This document shows, in pieces, positions 8,567 through 17,649 of a DNA stretch of 21,556 bases; position 1 is the first letter of the stretch, and each line of letters opens with the position of its first letter. This DNA is from an uncultured Dehalococcoidia bacterium. Lineage in GTDB: Bacteria > Chloroflexota > Dehalococcoidia > Lucifugimonadales > CAZEDC01. The notes under the pieces are model-generated. The model ran no database searches. It was not told where the DNA came from and was given only the letters and a program-made list of their open reading frames with translations. The stretch spans positions 1 through 21,556 of the forward strand of contig CAZEDC010000086.1 of the NCBI GenBank assembly GCA_964510985.1. The letters run 5' to 3'. Both the position numbers and the translations under genes were made by a program.

Positions 8567-9595
8567 TCAGGCTTTCCGCGATGGCAGGCTGACAACCGCC
8601 TGGCCTATGGTCACCTTCCGGGCCTCCTGGTTCTCGGCCCACACCTCGAAGTCAACCAGGTTCTCACCGCCCTCTTGGCGCTTTCCGGTGACCACACCCC
8701 TGGTGGTAAGCACGTCGCCGGGGAAGCTGAAGTATCGGTACTGGACCCTGATCTTCCTCAGGAAGCCGTCCGGTGCGTACCAGTCGCTGAGCATGCTGAC
8801 GATATAGGCCGCACTCAGAGCCCCTTGGCCTATCACATCGGGCATACCGCGTGCTCTCATCAGTCTGTAGTCGTAATGGATCGGCGTGAGGTCGTTGCTG
8901 GCCTGGGCATACCGTACGAACCGCTTCGGCGTTTGCAGCATAGATATCGGCAGTGGCTCGAACCCTTTTGATATGTCCTCGAAGTAGACTCGCCTCGTCC
9001 ACATTCTCTCCCGTACGGTGGTAGAGGACGCCTGGCCGGCATCCGTTGGGTTTGGCATTTGTGGAGCATCGACCTGCTCCTCACCTCCATCGGTCGGACC
9101 CTCAAACTGTACACGGGTCCACCGGCAGATGGACACGATTTCGTTCCGCTGGTTGCGGTATGTCTTGTCGTACCTGGTGAATAGCATGCGACCCACACCG
9201 GGCCGTCCCTGTTTCTCGAACATATCGCCTATGTCGGTGGTCGCTGTGATTACGTCGCCGGGACAGACCGGCCGGTGGATCTCGTATTCGTCGCCCGCGC
9301 TGGCGCCCTGCTTGAAGGGTGCATCGATCGGCAAAGGCCCACCGAGATAGCCCTGGGAGTTGTCGTCTGCCAGCACGTAAAACGGGGTGAACCGGTCGAC
9401 GAACGTCGGTGGCGCAATGATGCCTCGCCAGCGGGTAGTCGCAGCGTAATCCGCGTCAAGCCACAATGGGTTGTTGTCGCCCACCGCCGTGGCGAACTTG
9501 CGGATATCCTCAACATGCACCACTCCACCGACGTAAGGCTCGCCCTGCCACGTCCCAACCAGGGCTCTCATTTCGTCTGTGATCACCTTTGACAT
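8567..9595 (-). CDS. MaoC-like double-hotdog (R)-specific enoyl-CoA hydratase/dehydratase, mesaconyl-CoA / itaconyl-CoA hydratase-like
   Basis: 342 aa with two hotdog halves (N-terminal MaoC_dehydrat_N-like, C-terminal MaoC). GGGAGG Shine-Dalgarno 13 nt upstream of the ATG at 9595. Confidence 0.8.
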   Translation of the reverse strand: MSKVITDEMRALVGTWQGEPYVGGVVHVEDIRKFATAVGDNNPLWLDADYAATTRWRGIIAPPTFVDRFTPFYVLADDNSQGYLGGPLPIDAPFKQGASAGDEYEIHRPVCPGDVITATTDIGDMFEKQGRPGVGRMLFTRYDKTYRNQRNEIVSICRWTRVQFEGPTDGGEEQVDAPQMPNPTDAGQASSTTVRERMWTRRVYFEDISKGFEPLPISMLQTPKRFVRYAQASNDLTPIHYDYRLMRARGMPDVIGQGALSAAYIVSMLSDWYAPDGFLRKIRVQYRYFSFPGDVLTTRGVVTGKRQEGGENLVDFEVWAENQEARKVTIGQAVVSLPSRKA

Positions 9596-9662
9596 CTTTG
9601 CGGTGCCTCCCTTATCGAGTAATCCCTTCCGGCGTAACCAGAGAGGCTACTCTCGATAACCA

Positions 9663-10676
9663 CTATAGGGCCGCCGTCCCATAAGGATTACCGGCCAAGA
9701 TATACGCCTGGTCGATGAGACGGACGGCGCGGTAGCAGTCGTTGACACTGATGGGCGGCTTGTCGCCTCGGGCCGCCGCGTCCAGGGCCTCCCGCAATAC
9801 CATCGCCGAGAGGTTGCCGGGAGGCTCCGACGGCAAGACCTGTTCGCCTGACGCTGTGTTCAGCTTCAACACGTCGTCTTTGAAGGTCAGCAGGGCGTCG
9901 CGGAACGCAACCTTCCACTCGCCGTCTGTACCGTCCCTGGGAAATCCGTTGCCCACCTCGATTGTCCCAACCACCCCTTGACCGGACCTGACCAGCACCG
10001 AGGCGTAGTCCTCCACCGGCTGGTCGTGGGTGCTCCAGGAGAGTTGCGCTCCGGTCACCTCAACGTCCTCGCCCTCGCCGGTCAGGAGCACGAATGCGTC
10101 CAGCCCGTGGGAACCGAGATTGCGCAGGCATCCACCGTTGGCGATCTTGGGGTCCAGCATCCACCCGGCGTTCCAGGTCGGGTACCGCCCTGAAGTCGGC
10201 CTGTTCATCCTTTCGTAGAAGTGGGTGATCGGGCCGTACGTGTCGTCCTGGATCAGCTTTCTGGCCTGCTTTATCACCGGTAGATGCCGGCAGCTCAGAG
10301 GGACCGCCGCGAACCCATCGGTCACCTCTGCCCTCTCTAACACCTCTCGAAGCTGCCGTGCGCTATAGCTCATCGGCTTTTCCATTAGGAAAGGCATCTT
10401 GTTGTCCAGGAGGTGGAGTGCGGTTCGCGCCATGGTATCGTGCCGCCCCAGAGCCAGCACGAAGTCCGGCCCGGCCTCGGACAGCATCCGCTTGTAGTCG
10501 GTGAAGGTGGGGATACCGCCGCCCAGCTCCCCCGCTCGATGATCCGCTATCGTCTGATCATCGTCCTGGATGCCCACGATCTCCACGTCGTCCATCAGGG
10601 CCAAGTGGCGGAGATAGGACGCATCATACAGTGAATGCCAGTGGCACACCCCGATAGCCGCTACGCGAATAGACAT
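9663..10676 (-). CDS. Gfo/Idh/MocA-family NAD(P)-dependent oxidoreductase
   Basis: N-terminal Rossmann IRVAAIGVCHWH. EKP motif FLMEKPMSYSARQ, characteristic of Gfo/Idh/MocA. The ATG at 10676 has a GAGG Shine-Dalgarno 9 nt upstream; the track's GTG at 10691 is less likely. It is the first gene of the operon; element C lies 143 nt upstream. Confidence 0.85.
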   Translation of the reverse strand: MSIRVAAIGVCHWHSLYDASYLRHLALMDDVEIVGIQDDDQTIADHRAGELGGGIPTFTDYKRMLSEAGPDFVLALGRHDTMARTALHLLDNKMPFLMEKPMSYSARQLREVLERAEVTDGFAAVPLSCRHLPVIKQARKLIQDDTYGPITHFYERMNRPTSGRYPTWNAGWMLDPKIANGGCLRNLGSHGLDAFVLLTGEGEDVEVTGAQLSWSTHDQPVEDYASVLVRSGQGVVGTIEVGNGFPRDGTDGEWKVAFRDALLTFKDDVLKLNTASGEQVLPSEPPGNLSAMVLREALDAAARGDKPPISVNDCYRAVRLIDQAYILAGNPYGTAAL

Positions 10677-10818
10677 GCTCGATAACCTCACCCTGGATTA
10701 TGATACTCTGTGATTTCCTGTCTCTTGTCTCGGACCGGCCGGGTAATATCCAGGTTTGGCGCGCGTTACCAATCAGCAGGTCTGAGCGGTGTCGTGGCCG
10801 AGCAAGACTGGACTACCT

Positions 10819-10930
10819 CCCCGTCTTTGTACCACTCGTTATTGTGTCCCACAAGTGCAGGGCAGTTCCGGCGGGCAAGTCGCCTCTACACTCTCGGGTT
10901 TTCTATTCCTCAGACGTGATGCTCATTATC
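10819..10930. repeat. Conserved intergenic element, copy C: core (10819-10862) plus a CATTATCGC box at 10924-10932. It lacks the TCGGTACCGA block.
   Basis: CCCCGTCTTTGTACCACTCGTTATTGTGTCCCACAAGTGCAGGG. Located 143 nt upstream of the ATG at 10676, the first gene of the four-gene operon. Confidence 0.7.
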
Positions 10931-11136
10931 GCTTACGGCTTACACTCACTGCCCGGAGTCCGGAGTACAGAGATGGCTGTAGCAGGTCATTCTCATCAGC
11001 CTCAGCACACACAGCTACTACCAGCCTGGATCTTGCCCCTCGACCATGCCCTGTCGATCCAGAACATGCGTGCAAATATCGCTTTGAAGGCATTAGGGCC
11101 TCCCGCATGACCTCCGCCTGTTGGCGGCGACGACGC

Positions 11137-13026
11137 TCAGTAGTAGAAGCGCTGTAGCCGCTTCTGGTCATCGTATTCTGCCCGGAGACCTTTCGTAATC
11201 GAGTCGGTGGTTGTCTCGGCGACGGCGAGGTCCCACCAGACTCCCGTGGACGGCACGTACCGGTGCTTTTCGGTTTCCGCCACGATGACGCAAGACCGCG
11301 TGTCCTCACGAGCCTCTCGCAGGGCTATGCGAAGCTCATCCGGTGTTGTCACGTGCCACGCTCGAGCGCCCATGCTCTCTGCGTTTTTGGCGAGATCGAT
11401 CTTCAGATATTCGCCCTCGAGCCGGTTCGTCGTGGCATCACGGGCCCTGAACTCGTTGCCGAAGCTGTGGCCGGTACGGTCCACCTGAAGAGCGCGGATC
11501 GACTGAAGGCCGTGGTTCTCCGAGATGACAACGGTGACTTTCAGATTCTCCTGCATCGCCGTCACCAGTTCGGTCGGGTTCAACAGGTATGTCGCGTCTC
11601 CAATAAACGCGTACACCTCACCTTTCGGCTGGGCCATGCGGACACCTAATGCGGCCGGCAGTGCATACCCCATCGTCGAGTTGCCGAACTCGAGGTGACA
11701 GGTCGTGCCGTTGCTAACATCCCAGAGTTTGTGCAGGTCGTGGGGGAGAGTGCCGGCGTCGCCAATGACGGTATCACCCTCTTTCGTCTCTTCATTGAGC
11801 ACGCCGATCACCTGCCCCTGATTCATAGCCTCGCCGGCGACCTGCCGGAATATTCCTTCTCTGGTCTGCCTCCAGCTTTCCTTTGCCGCCGAGATCTCCT
11901 CAAGGTAGGCAGGATCGGGTGCGAGACCGGCGTCCTTCGCCGCCACTATCAGCGCCCGCAACGCTTCGCGGGCGTCGGCAACGATTGGCAGCGAGCCCAG
12001 CTTATGCGCATCGTAGGCGCACACGTTGATGTGGATGAATCTGACCCGTGGGTGCTGGAAGGAGGAACGGGAACCCGTAGTGACATCGGTCAGGCGAGTG
12101 CCAATGGCGATAACCAGGTCCGCCCGCTCCGCAATCTCCGTGGTGATGGGCGTGCCGGGGGTGCCGTGGCTGCCGAGAGACAGCGGAGAGTTGTTCTCAA
12201 GCGCGCCGTGACCGGCGAACGTCTCACCCACCGGGATGCCGAGTGGGTCGGAGAGTTCCCGTAGCTCCTCGCACGCCTCGGAGTAGAGCACCCCGCCGCC
12301 GGCGATGATCAAGGGCCGCTCTGCCTCCCCGAGCAACGTTACCGTTTGGTTTATGTGGCGTGGGTCCGGCGCCCGCCGATCGACACACCAGGTCCGGTCC
12401 TCGAAGAAGTGGGCAGGGTAGTCGTAGGCCTCGGCCTGGACGTCCTGAGGCAGCGAGAGTGTGACGACTCCCGTTTCGGCCGGATCGGTCAGCACGCGCA
12501 TCGCTTCGGGCAATGCGGTGAGCAGTTGCTCGGCTCGCGATATGCGGTCGAAGAAACGACTCACGGGCCGCAGGCAATCGTTGACGCCCACATCGGCCGA
12601 GACCGGGTGCTCGAGTTGCTGCAACACCGGCCCTTGGTGGCGGGTCGCGTAGTAATCGGACGGCAACAACAGCACGGGCAGCCGGTTGATGGTCGCTGCC
12701 GCCGCTCCGGTAACCATATTTGTCGCCCCAGGCCCAATGGACGACGTGCAGGCTATCGTTGCAAGACGGAGATTGGCTCTGGCGAATCCAGCGGCTGTGT
12801 GGACCATCGCCTGCTCATTGCATGGCCGATGGTACGGTAGATCTGCACCGTATTCATAGAGGGCCTGACCCAGGGCATGCACGTTCCCGTGACCGAAGAT
12901 GCCGAACATGGCTGGAATCAAGCGGCGTCTCCTGCCGTCGTGTTCGCTGTACTGGACCTGCAGATACTTCACCAGCGCCTGCGCCATCGTCAGGCGCAAC
13001 GTTTCTCCGTGATGAGATTCACGCAT
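11137..13026 (-). CDS. iolD: TPP-dependent enzyme of the IolD / cyclohexane-1,2-dione hydrolase family (3D-(3,5/4)-trihydroxycyclohexane-1,2-dione acylhydrolase-like)
   Basis: 629 aa. The N-terminus LRLTMAQALVKYLQVQY...FGIFGHGNV...NEQAMVHTAAGFA...DPAETGVVTLSLPQDVQAEAYDYP and the C-terminus STGVWWDLAVAE match the IolD pattern as I recall it from Bacillus subtilis. ALS-like three-domain TPP architecture. Confidence 0.8.
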   Translation of the reverse strand: MRESHHGETLRLTMAQALVKYLQVQYSEHDGRRRRLIPAMFGIFGHGNVHALGQALYEYGADLPYHRPCNEQAMVHTAAGFARANLRLATIACTSSIGPGATNMVTGAAAATINRLPVLLLPSDYYATRHQGPVLQQLEHPVSADVGVNDCLRPVSRFFDRISRAEQLLTALPEAMRVLTDPAETGVVTLSLPQDVQAEAYDYPAHFFEDRTWCVDRRAPDPRHINQTVTLLGEAERPLIIAGGGVLYSEACEELRELSDPLGIPVGETFAGHGALENNSPLSLGSHGTPGTPITTEIAERADLVIAIGTRLTDVTTGSRSSFQHPRVRFIHINVCAYDAHKLGSLPIVADAREALRALIVAAKDAGLAPDPAYLEEISAAKESWRQTREGIFRQVAGEAMNQGQVIGVLNEETKEGDTVIGDAGTLPHDLHKLWDVSNGTTCHLEFGNSTMGYALPAALGVRMAQPKGEVYAFIGDATYLLNPTELVTAMQENLKVTVVISENHGLQSIRALQVDRTGHSFGNEFRARDATTNRLEGEYLKIDLAKNAESMGARAWHVTTPDELRIALREAREDTRSCVIVAETEKHRYVPSTGVWWDLAVAETTTDSITKGLRAEYDDQKRLQRFYY

Positions 13027-13308
13027 GCTTTCACTTTCTTCGGATTGTCAAGTTAGCCGATGCCTGCACGTACCGCACGGTGGCCCCCCGGAGTAGGGTG
13101 GTTGCTTGCCTCACGCAGCTTGTTAGTGACCGGCTCGTGTATGTATCACCTTTGGCGAGTCTCCCTTTTTCTCCGGCCAAGGGGACTAACATAACACCTG
13201 GGCCTGTTTTGGGAGGCAGGCCACCGAGCAGACACGGGGTTATCATACTTCCAAGCCTGCTGATTGACGGCGACTCAGAAGTCAGAAAAGGTCCTCCCGT
13301 TGCCCTGC

Positions 13309-13995
13309 TTACTCCGGCCTCTGTATCTTGCGCAGGCCCTCCAGCGAGAAGTCGTCGCTCTGGGCGAAGTTCATTATCTGCTTCTCTCGGTATGCTATCT
13401 CCGCTGCTGCCTGAGGCACTTTGCCCGCTATCTCCAGCGGGATTTTGACCACGCCGTTCTCATCGCCGTGCACAAGGTCACCGGGGAGCACCTCCACCTC
13501 GCTGACCACAATCGGTACACCGACATCCACTACCTGGAACTGCCCGTGGGCCGGAGTCATCCCTGGCGCGAAGTACTGGAACCCAAGCGCCCGTACGCCC
13601 TCAATGTCCCGCACGCCGCCATCGGTGACCAGACCGATGGCCCCCAGTTTGCTGGCGATGGTGGCCATCACGTCGCCGCAGTGGCATGAGTGAGAATTAC
13701 GCGGTGAGATGTCCTTAAATACCAGCACCACGGGCTTGGGCGATGCATCCACGGCCTCCCACAAACGCATCATCGGCTCCCGACTCTGTTGGCGCGAGGG
13801 TGTCATCGTGTCAAGGGTGGCGGTGACGGCGTATCCCAGCATCACTCCCATCTCCGGGAACTGGCAACGGATGTTCCAGCCCATAAACCCCTCCGAGTTG
13901 CGTCGTACCTTCAACGGCTCGATGGCATTGCAGATGGTAGGCGTGTCGATGCGTTTTAGCGCGTCGAACTGCTCCTGTGTCAGTACCTTAGACAT
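13309..13995 (-). CDS. RraA-family protein (class II 4-hydroxy-4-methyl-2-oxoglutarate / 4-carboxy-4-hydroxy-2-oxoadipate aldolase / oxaloacetate decarboxylase-like)
   Basis: Motifs GDVMATIASKLGAIGLVTDGGVRD and C-terminal GDLVHGDENGVVKIP align with RraA/HMG-CHA aldolase. The ATG at 13995 has a near-perfect AAAGGAGG 7 nt upstream. The track ORF extends to 14178, but that upstream 61-aa extension (MVRSLDAGSLKLKTRPDNRP...) does not look protein-like. Confidence 0.85.
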   Translation of the reverse strand: MSKVLTQEQFDALKRIDTPTICNAIEPLKVRRNSEGFMGWNIRCQFPEMGVMLGYAVTATLDTMTPSRQQSREPMMRLWEAVDASPKPVVLVFKDISPRNSHSCHCGDVMATIASKLGAIGLVTDGGVRDIEGVRALGFQYFAPGMTPAHGQFQVVDVGVPIVVSEVEVLPGDLVHGDENGVVKIPLEIAGKVPQAAAEIAYREKQIMNFAQSDDFSLEGLRKIQRPE

Positions 13996-14192
13996 AACGA
14001 GTCCTCCTTTGAAATCTGGGTCGACCCCGCCCACGGACGATGGGCCGGACTTCTTGTATTGGGCGTGATTTTGCGGGTGCCTTTTGTTGCCGTGATATCC
14101 TGATTCTAGCAGAGCTAGAGGCCGGTTATCTGGCCGAGTTTTCAATTTCAAACTGCCAGCGTCCAAAGAACGCACCATCCGTGACGTTGACG

Positions 14193-14253
14193 ATTGTACG
14201 TGACCTACCCCAATTTTTGGATCACTCGTTATTTAAGTCCCGCGGGGGCAGGG
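14193..14253. repeat. Conserved intergenic element, copy E (divergent): TTGTACGTGACC followed 16 nt later by TTTTTGGATCACTCGTTATTTAAGTCCCGCGGGGGCAGGG
   Basis: Shares the 10-mer CACTCGTTATT exactly with copy C and the terminal GCAGGG. Sits in the divergent region between the RraA-like gene (minus strand) and the DUF1445 gene (plus strand). Confidence 0.5.
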
Positions 14254-14396
14254 AAAGTGTCGGCAGACCGGATGATCTGCTCTGGAGTATGCTTTTTCCT
14301 TGGTATTTCTCCTTCTGCACCCGGACCAGTTTTCTGGGCGCAGGTCAATCAGCGATACAGTATACTTGCTTTGGCCAACACCGCTGAGGTGTTCTA

Positions 14397-15197
14397 TTGA
14401 AAATGAAGCCAGAGAATCTTCCCCAGGATCCAAGACAACTGCGTGCTGCCATCCGAGAAGGCACGTGGACACGGACCACAGCTGGGTTGGCGCCGGGCTA
14501 CGTTCAGGCCAAACTAGTTATTCTACCCGGCGACCTAGCCTTTGACTTCCTCCTGTTCTGCCAACGGAACCTCAGCCCATGCCCCGTTCTGGAGGTAGTT
14601 GAGGCGGGTTGTGCGGAGCCGAGATACTCCGCTCCAGGAGCGGACCTGAGGTCTGACCTGCCCCGTTACATCATCTATCAGCAAGGCGAGCTGACCCACG
14701 AGTTGGCTGACATACGCGAATACTGGCGCGACGACCTTGTCTCGTTTCTCCTTGGGTGTGCCTTCAGCTTCCAGGAAGCCCTGACACAGGAAGGCATACC
14801 TGTTCGTCATCTCGAGGAGGGCAAGAGCGACCCGACCTTTGTCTCCAATATCGAGACGACTCCCGCGGGTGTGTTCTCCGGCCCGATGGTCGTCTCCATG
14901 TGGCCTATTCATCGGCAAAGTTTGAGTAGAGTAGTCCAGATCACCACACGGTTCCCCGCCTTGCACGGTGCGCCAGTGCACATAGGAGATCCCGGTGTCA
15001 TAGGCATCAAGGACCTGAGCAGACCGGACTACGGCGACGCGGTGGAGCTGAGGAGTGGAGAGGTGCCGGTGTTCTGGGGGTGCGGCGTCACCCCACAGGA
15101 AGTGGCCCTCCGTAGCAAACCGTCGCTGATGATCACACACTCCGCAGGTCGGATGTTCATTACCGACCTGCGATACACAGAGCTGGAGGTGTTCTAG
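14397..15197 (+). CDS. DUF1445 / UPF0317 'putative hydro-lyase' (C-terminal domain of D-glutamate cyclase-like enzymes)
   Basis: The N-terminus LRAAIREGTWTRTTAGLAPGYVQAKLVILP is the characteristic DUF1445 opening. TTG start at 14397 with GAGGTG 9 nt upstream; the ATG at 14403 is an alternative start. Confidence 0.8.
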   Translation: MKMKPENLPQDPRQLRAAIREGTWTRTTAGLAPGYVQAKLVILPGDLAFDFLLFCQRNLSPCPVLEVVEAGCAEPRYSAPGADLRSDLPRYIIYQQGELTHELADIREYWRDDLVSFLLGCAFSFQEALTQEGIPVRHLEEGKSDPTFVSNIETTPAGVFSGPMVVSMWPIHRQSLSRVVQITTRFPALHGAPVHIGDPGVIGIKDLSRPDYGDAVELRSGEVPVFWGCGVTPQEVALRSKPSLMITHSAGRMFITDLRYTELEVF

Positions 15198-15292
15198 TGC
15201 TTTTTCGTTACAAATCGATATCCGGTCCCGGAGCGCACCCGAACGTTCCCTACAAGGTCTGATAGTTCCAGGTAGCTAACCCGGGGGTAGCG

Positions 15293-16159
15293 ATGACAGA
15301 GACAAACAGGTCGCAAGAGTCGATAGAGGATATCATCCTGTGGCACGACGAGCGGGGCATGACCGCGCTGCGTCCCCATCTGCCGCCGGACTACTGCGTG
15401 CAGGCGGCACGGTTCATCTACGAACGGCCGGGGACGGTTCTCGTCGTGACCGGCTTTTATGAAATCGAACCTCATACGATCGAAACCGACGGTCCACCCG
15501 GTGCTCTGGCGGTAGGTCGTGCCCTCCAGGACTGCGACCGAGACGTGGTCTACATAAGCGACAAGTACGCGGTGCCTTACCTGGAGCCGGAAGCCCGAGG
15601 AGCCGATGTTGTAGAGTTCCCCATCACCGGGGCTGAAGAAAGCCGCGCGTTCGCGCTCTCTCTGCTCGACCGGTACAGGCCGTCTGTGGTCATGGCGTTG
15701 GAGCGATGCAGCGCAACCCAATCGGGCCGGTACCTGAACATGTCTGGGAAAGATATCACCATCTACACCGCTCGTGTCGACTACCTGTTCACAGAGCATT
15801 CGGCCACCGTCGGCGTGGGCGATGGCGGAAACGAGATCGGCATGGGCAAGCTTGCCCATATCATCCCCACGGTACCATCCCTGCCCGATAAGCCGGCCCT
15901 GACTTCTGCTACCCATCTGGTCGTGACCAGTGTCTCCAACTGGGGCGGCTACGGACTTGCCGCAGGTCTCTCCATCCTGGCAAGGCGAGACCTACTGCCG
16001 TCCAGAGAAGAGGAGGCGGGCCTGATTCGACGAATGGTGGATAGGGGTGCCGTGGATGGAAAACTCATGAAACCGGTACCCGGTGTCGACGGCTACACCC
16101 TTGAAGAAAACCTGGACATACTGGACAGGCTTCGACAGCTGGTGGCGGCCTCAATGTAG
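15293..16159 (+). CDS. Probable DUF4392-family protein, the separate-gene partner of DUF1445 (N-terminal domain of D-glutamate cyclase in animals)
   Basis: 288-aa ORF 95 nt downstream of DUF1445 on the same strand. Gly-rich GVGDGGNEIGMGK motif. The family call rests on recalled domain architecture (DUF4392+DUF1445 fused in DGLUCY), not on a search. Confidence 0.6.
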   Translation: MTETNRSQESIEDIILWHDERGMTALRPHLPPDYCVQAARFIYERPGTVLVVTGFYEIEPHTIETDGPPGALAVGRALQDCDRDVVYISDKYAVPYLEPEARGADVVEFPITGAEESRAFALSLLDRYRPSVVMALERCSATQSGRYLNMSGKDITIYTARVDYLFTEHSATVGVGDGGNEIGMGKLAHIIPTVPSLPDKPALTSATHLVVTSVSNWGGYGLAAGLSILARRDLLPSREEEAGLIRRMVDRGAVDGKLMKPVPGVDGYTLEENLDILDRLRQLVAASM

Positions 16160-16240
16160 CCCGCCTGTACCGAACCGTGACCGCATTCGCATTTTTGAAA
16201 ACGCTGTTGACCTGCCCCCAGGGGCACACTCATGCGGAGT

Positions 16241-16246
16241 TATAAT
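16241..16246 (+). promoter_or_regulatory. TATAAT -10-like hexamer 140 nt upstream of the HpcH-aldolase gene
   Basis: Perfect TATAAT in an AT-rich spacer. A TTGACC lies 28 nt upstream, too far for a canonical -35. Low confidence. Confidence 0.2.
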
Positions 16247-16385
16247 CGGAACCCCTTTCAACTAGGATATCCTGAATGCTCATAGATGCCGAATTGCCGT
16301 TAGACCGTGAGACTGAGTCGAGTTTTGGTTTATCGAGGAAATTGATCAATCACAGAACTTTCATGTCATATTAGGAGAAGTATAA

Positions 16386-17132
16386 ATGCCCAATATTAGA
16401 CAAAACAAAATCCTGGCAAAAAACCGTGAAGGTAAGCTGGGAGTGGGTCTGGGATTAGTGTTCCCCAGTGCTGAATCAATCGGACTGGTGGGCTTACTTG
16501 GGGGGTTCGATTTCATTCACTTGGATGGCGAGCATGGACTGTTTTCCCCTGAAAGCATAGACGCAATGGTACGCACAGCGGATGGATACGGACTGACCGT
16601 GACGGCCCGTGTTCCCAACATAGAAAGTTCAACAATCAACCGGTTCCTTGACCGGGGCGTAATGGGCATCCTTGGACCGCACATCGAAACGGCAAAGCAG
16701 GCGAGGCAGTTGGTGGATGCGTGCAGATTCGTTCCTAAAGGTCAGCGGTCCTGGGGCGGTGGCCAAGGAACGTTTTACAACGATGGCCGTTTGCTGGACC
16801 AGCCCGGACTGAGGCGCACCGAATGGATGGCAGCGACAAATGAAGAGATGGTAGTGTCGGCCCAACTTGAAACAGCACTGGCCTTCGAAAACTTGGGCGA
16901 TATTTTAGCGGTTGACGGATTAGACGCCTTTGCATGGGGTTCGAATGACCTTGCCCAGTCGATGGGCCTGCCTGGTCAACCCGACCATCCTGATGTCAAA
17001 GCAGCCGAGGCATCCGTAGAAGCTCGGATACACGCAGAGGGCCGTAAGATGCTCTGGGATATGCAGACGGCGATAACTTTGCCATCACTTATACTCGATG
17101 GCGCAGATGTATTCGCTAAAGCTAACGCATAA
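16386..17132 (+). CDS. HpcH/HpaI-family class II (pyruvate-specific, metal-dependent) aldolase, HpaI/GarL/RhmA-like
   Basis: 248 aa. Metal-site motif FIHLDGEHG and C-terminal VDGLDAFAWGSNDLAQSMG are diagnostic of the HpcH/HpaI aldolase family. Strong AGGAGAAG Shine-Dalgarno 9 nt before the ATG. The gene has distinctly lower GC and AT-rich codons compared with its neighbours. Confidence 0.85.
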   Translation: MPNIRQNKILAKNREGKLGVGLGLVFPSAESIGLVGLLGGFDFIHLDGEHGLFSPESIDAMVRTADGYGLTVTARVPNIESSTINRFLDRGVMGILGPHIETAKQARQLVDACRFVPKGQRSWGGGQGTFYNDGRLLDQPGLRRTEWMAATNEEMVVSAQLETALAFENLGDILAVDGLDAFAWGSNDLAQSMGLPGQPDHPDVKAAEASVEARIHAEGRKMLWDMQTAITLPSLILDGADVFAKANA

Positions 17133-17337
17133 CAAATATGACCCGAAACCACAGATACTCACCTCACAATAGCCTTATATGCATTAATAGTTGTAAGGTT
17201 TTTGGTCCGTGTTGAGAAGTCTCTGTGATCCTCCGAAGGCCTTTTGAGCTACTCATGTGACCCGCTCCGTCTAACCTTGACTCGTGTAAGGTTTCGCGTA
17301 GGGGTCTGGGCATCTCTCGCTTAATAAGAAGACAGAG

Positions 17338-17649
17338 GTGAGTCTCATGAGCACCAAAGGACAGGTCACCCAGATTCCCATGCCTGGGATGCCAGTACGG
17401 GCCGTCGTACACTCGACTGTTAACCGCCACAACATCGCCCAGGGACAAGAGGTCGCGTATCTGGGCCCGATGGGTACAGGGCCCCACTACGAGTTTCGCG
17501 GATCGGTTAAACGCGTTCTTCCGTGCGACGTGATCGTTGACATGGGCACCAGCGGGACCTGGCAGATACGGTTAATTTCCTTTACTTCCCAGCTGGCCAT
17601 GAGGCGGCCTAATCCGGCTGGGCAGCCTTTTTATTCCCCAAAGGGCTAG
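17338..17649 (+). CDS. Small hypothetical protein (103 aa)
   Basis: ATG preceded by GAGGTGA 6 nt upstream. No recognisable family. The overlapping minus-strand ORF 17164-17487 has no ribosome-binding site and is less likely to be real. Confidence 0.4.
   Translation: MSLMSTKGQVTQIPMPGMPVRAVVHSTVNRHNIAQGQEVAYLGPMGTGPHYEFRGSVKRVLPCDVIVDMGTSGTWQIRLISFTSQLAMRRPNPAGQPFYSPKG

Noticed and set aside
8555-13448. Numerous 60-240-aa ORFs overlapping or antisense to the large genes (for example 8664-9002, 9018-9350, 11695-12264, 12346-12840, 12720-13448, 14535-15140, 15194-15916, 18121-19373 plus strand)
   Set aside because: These are typical shadow ORFs of high-GC DNA. They have Arg/Pro/Ala-rich low-complexity translations, no ribosome-binding sites, and full overlap with well-supported genes on the other strand or frame.
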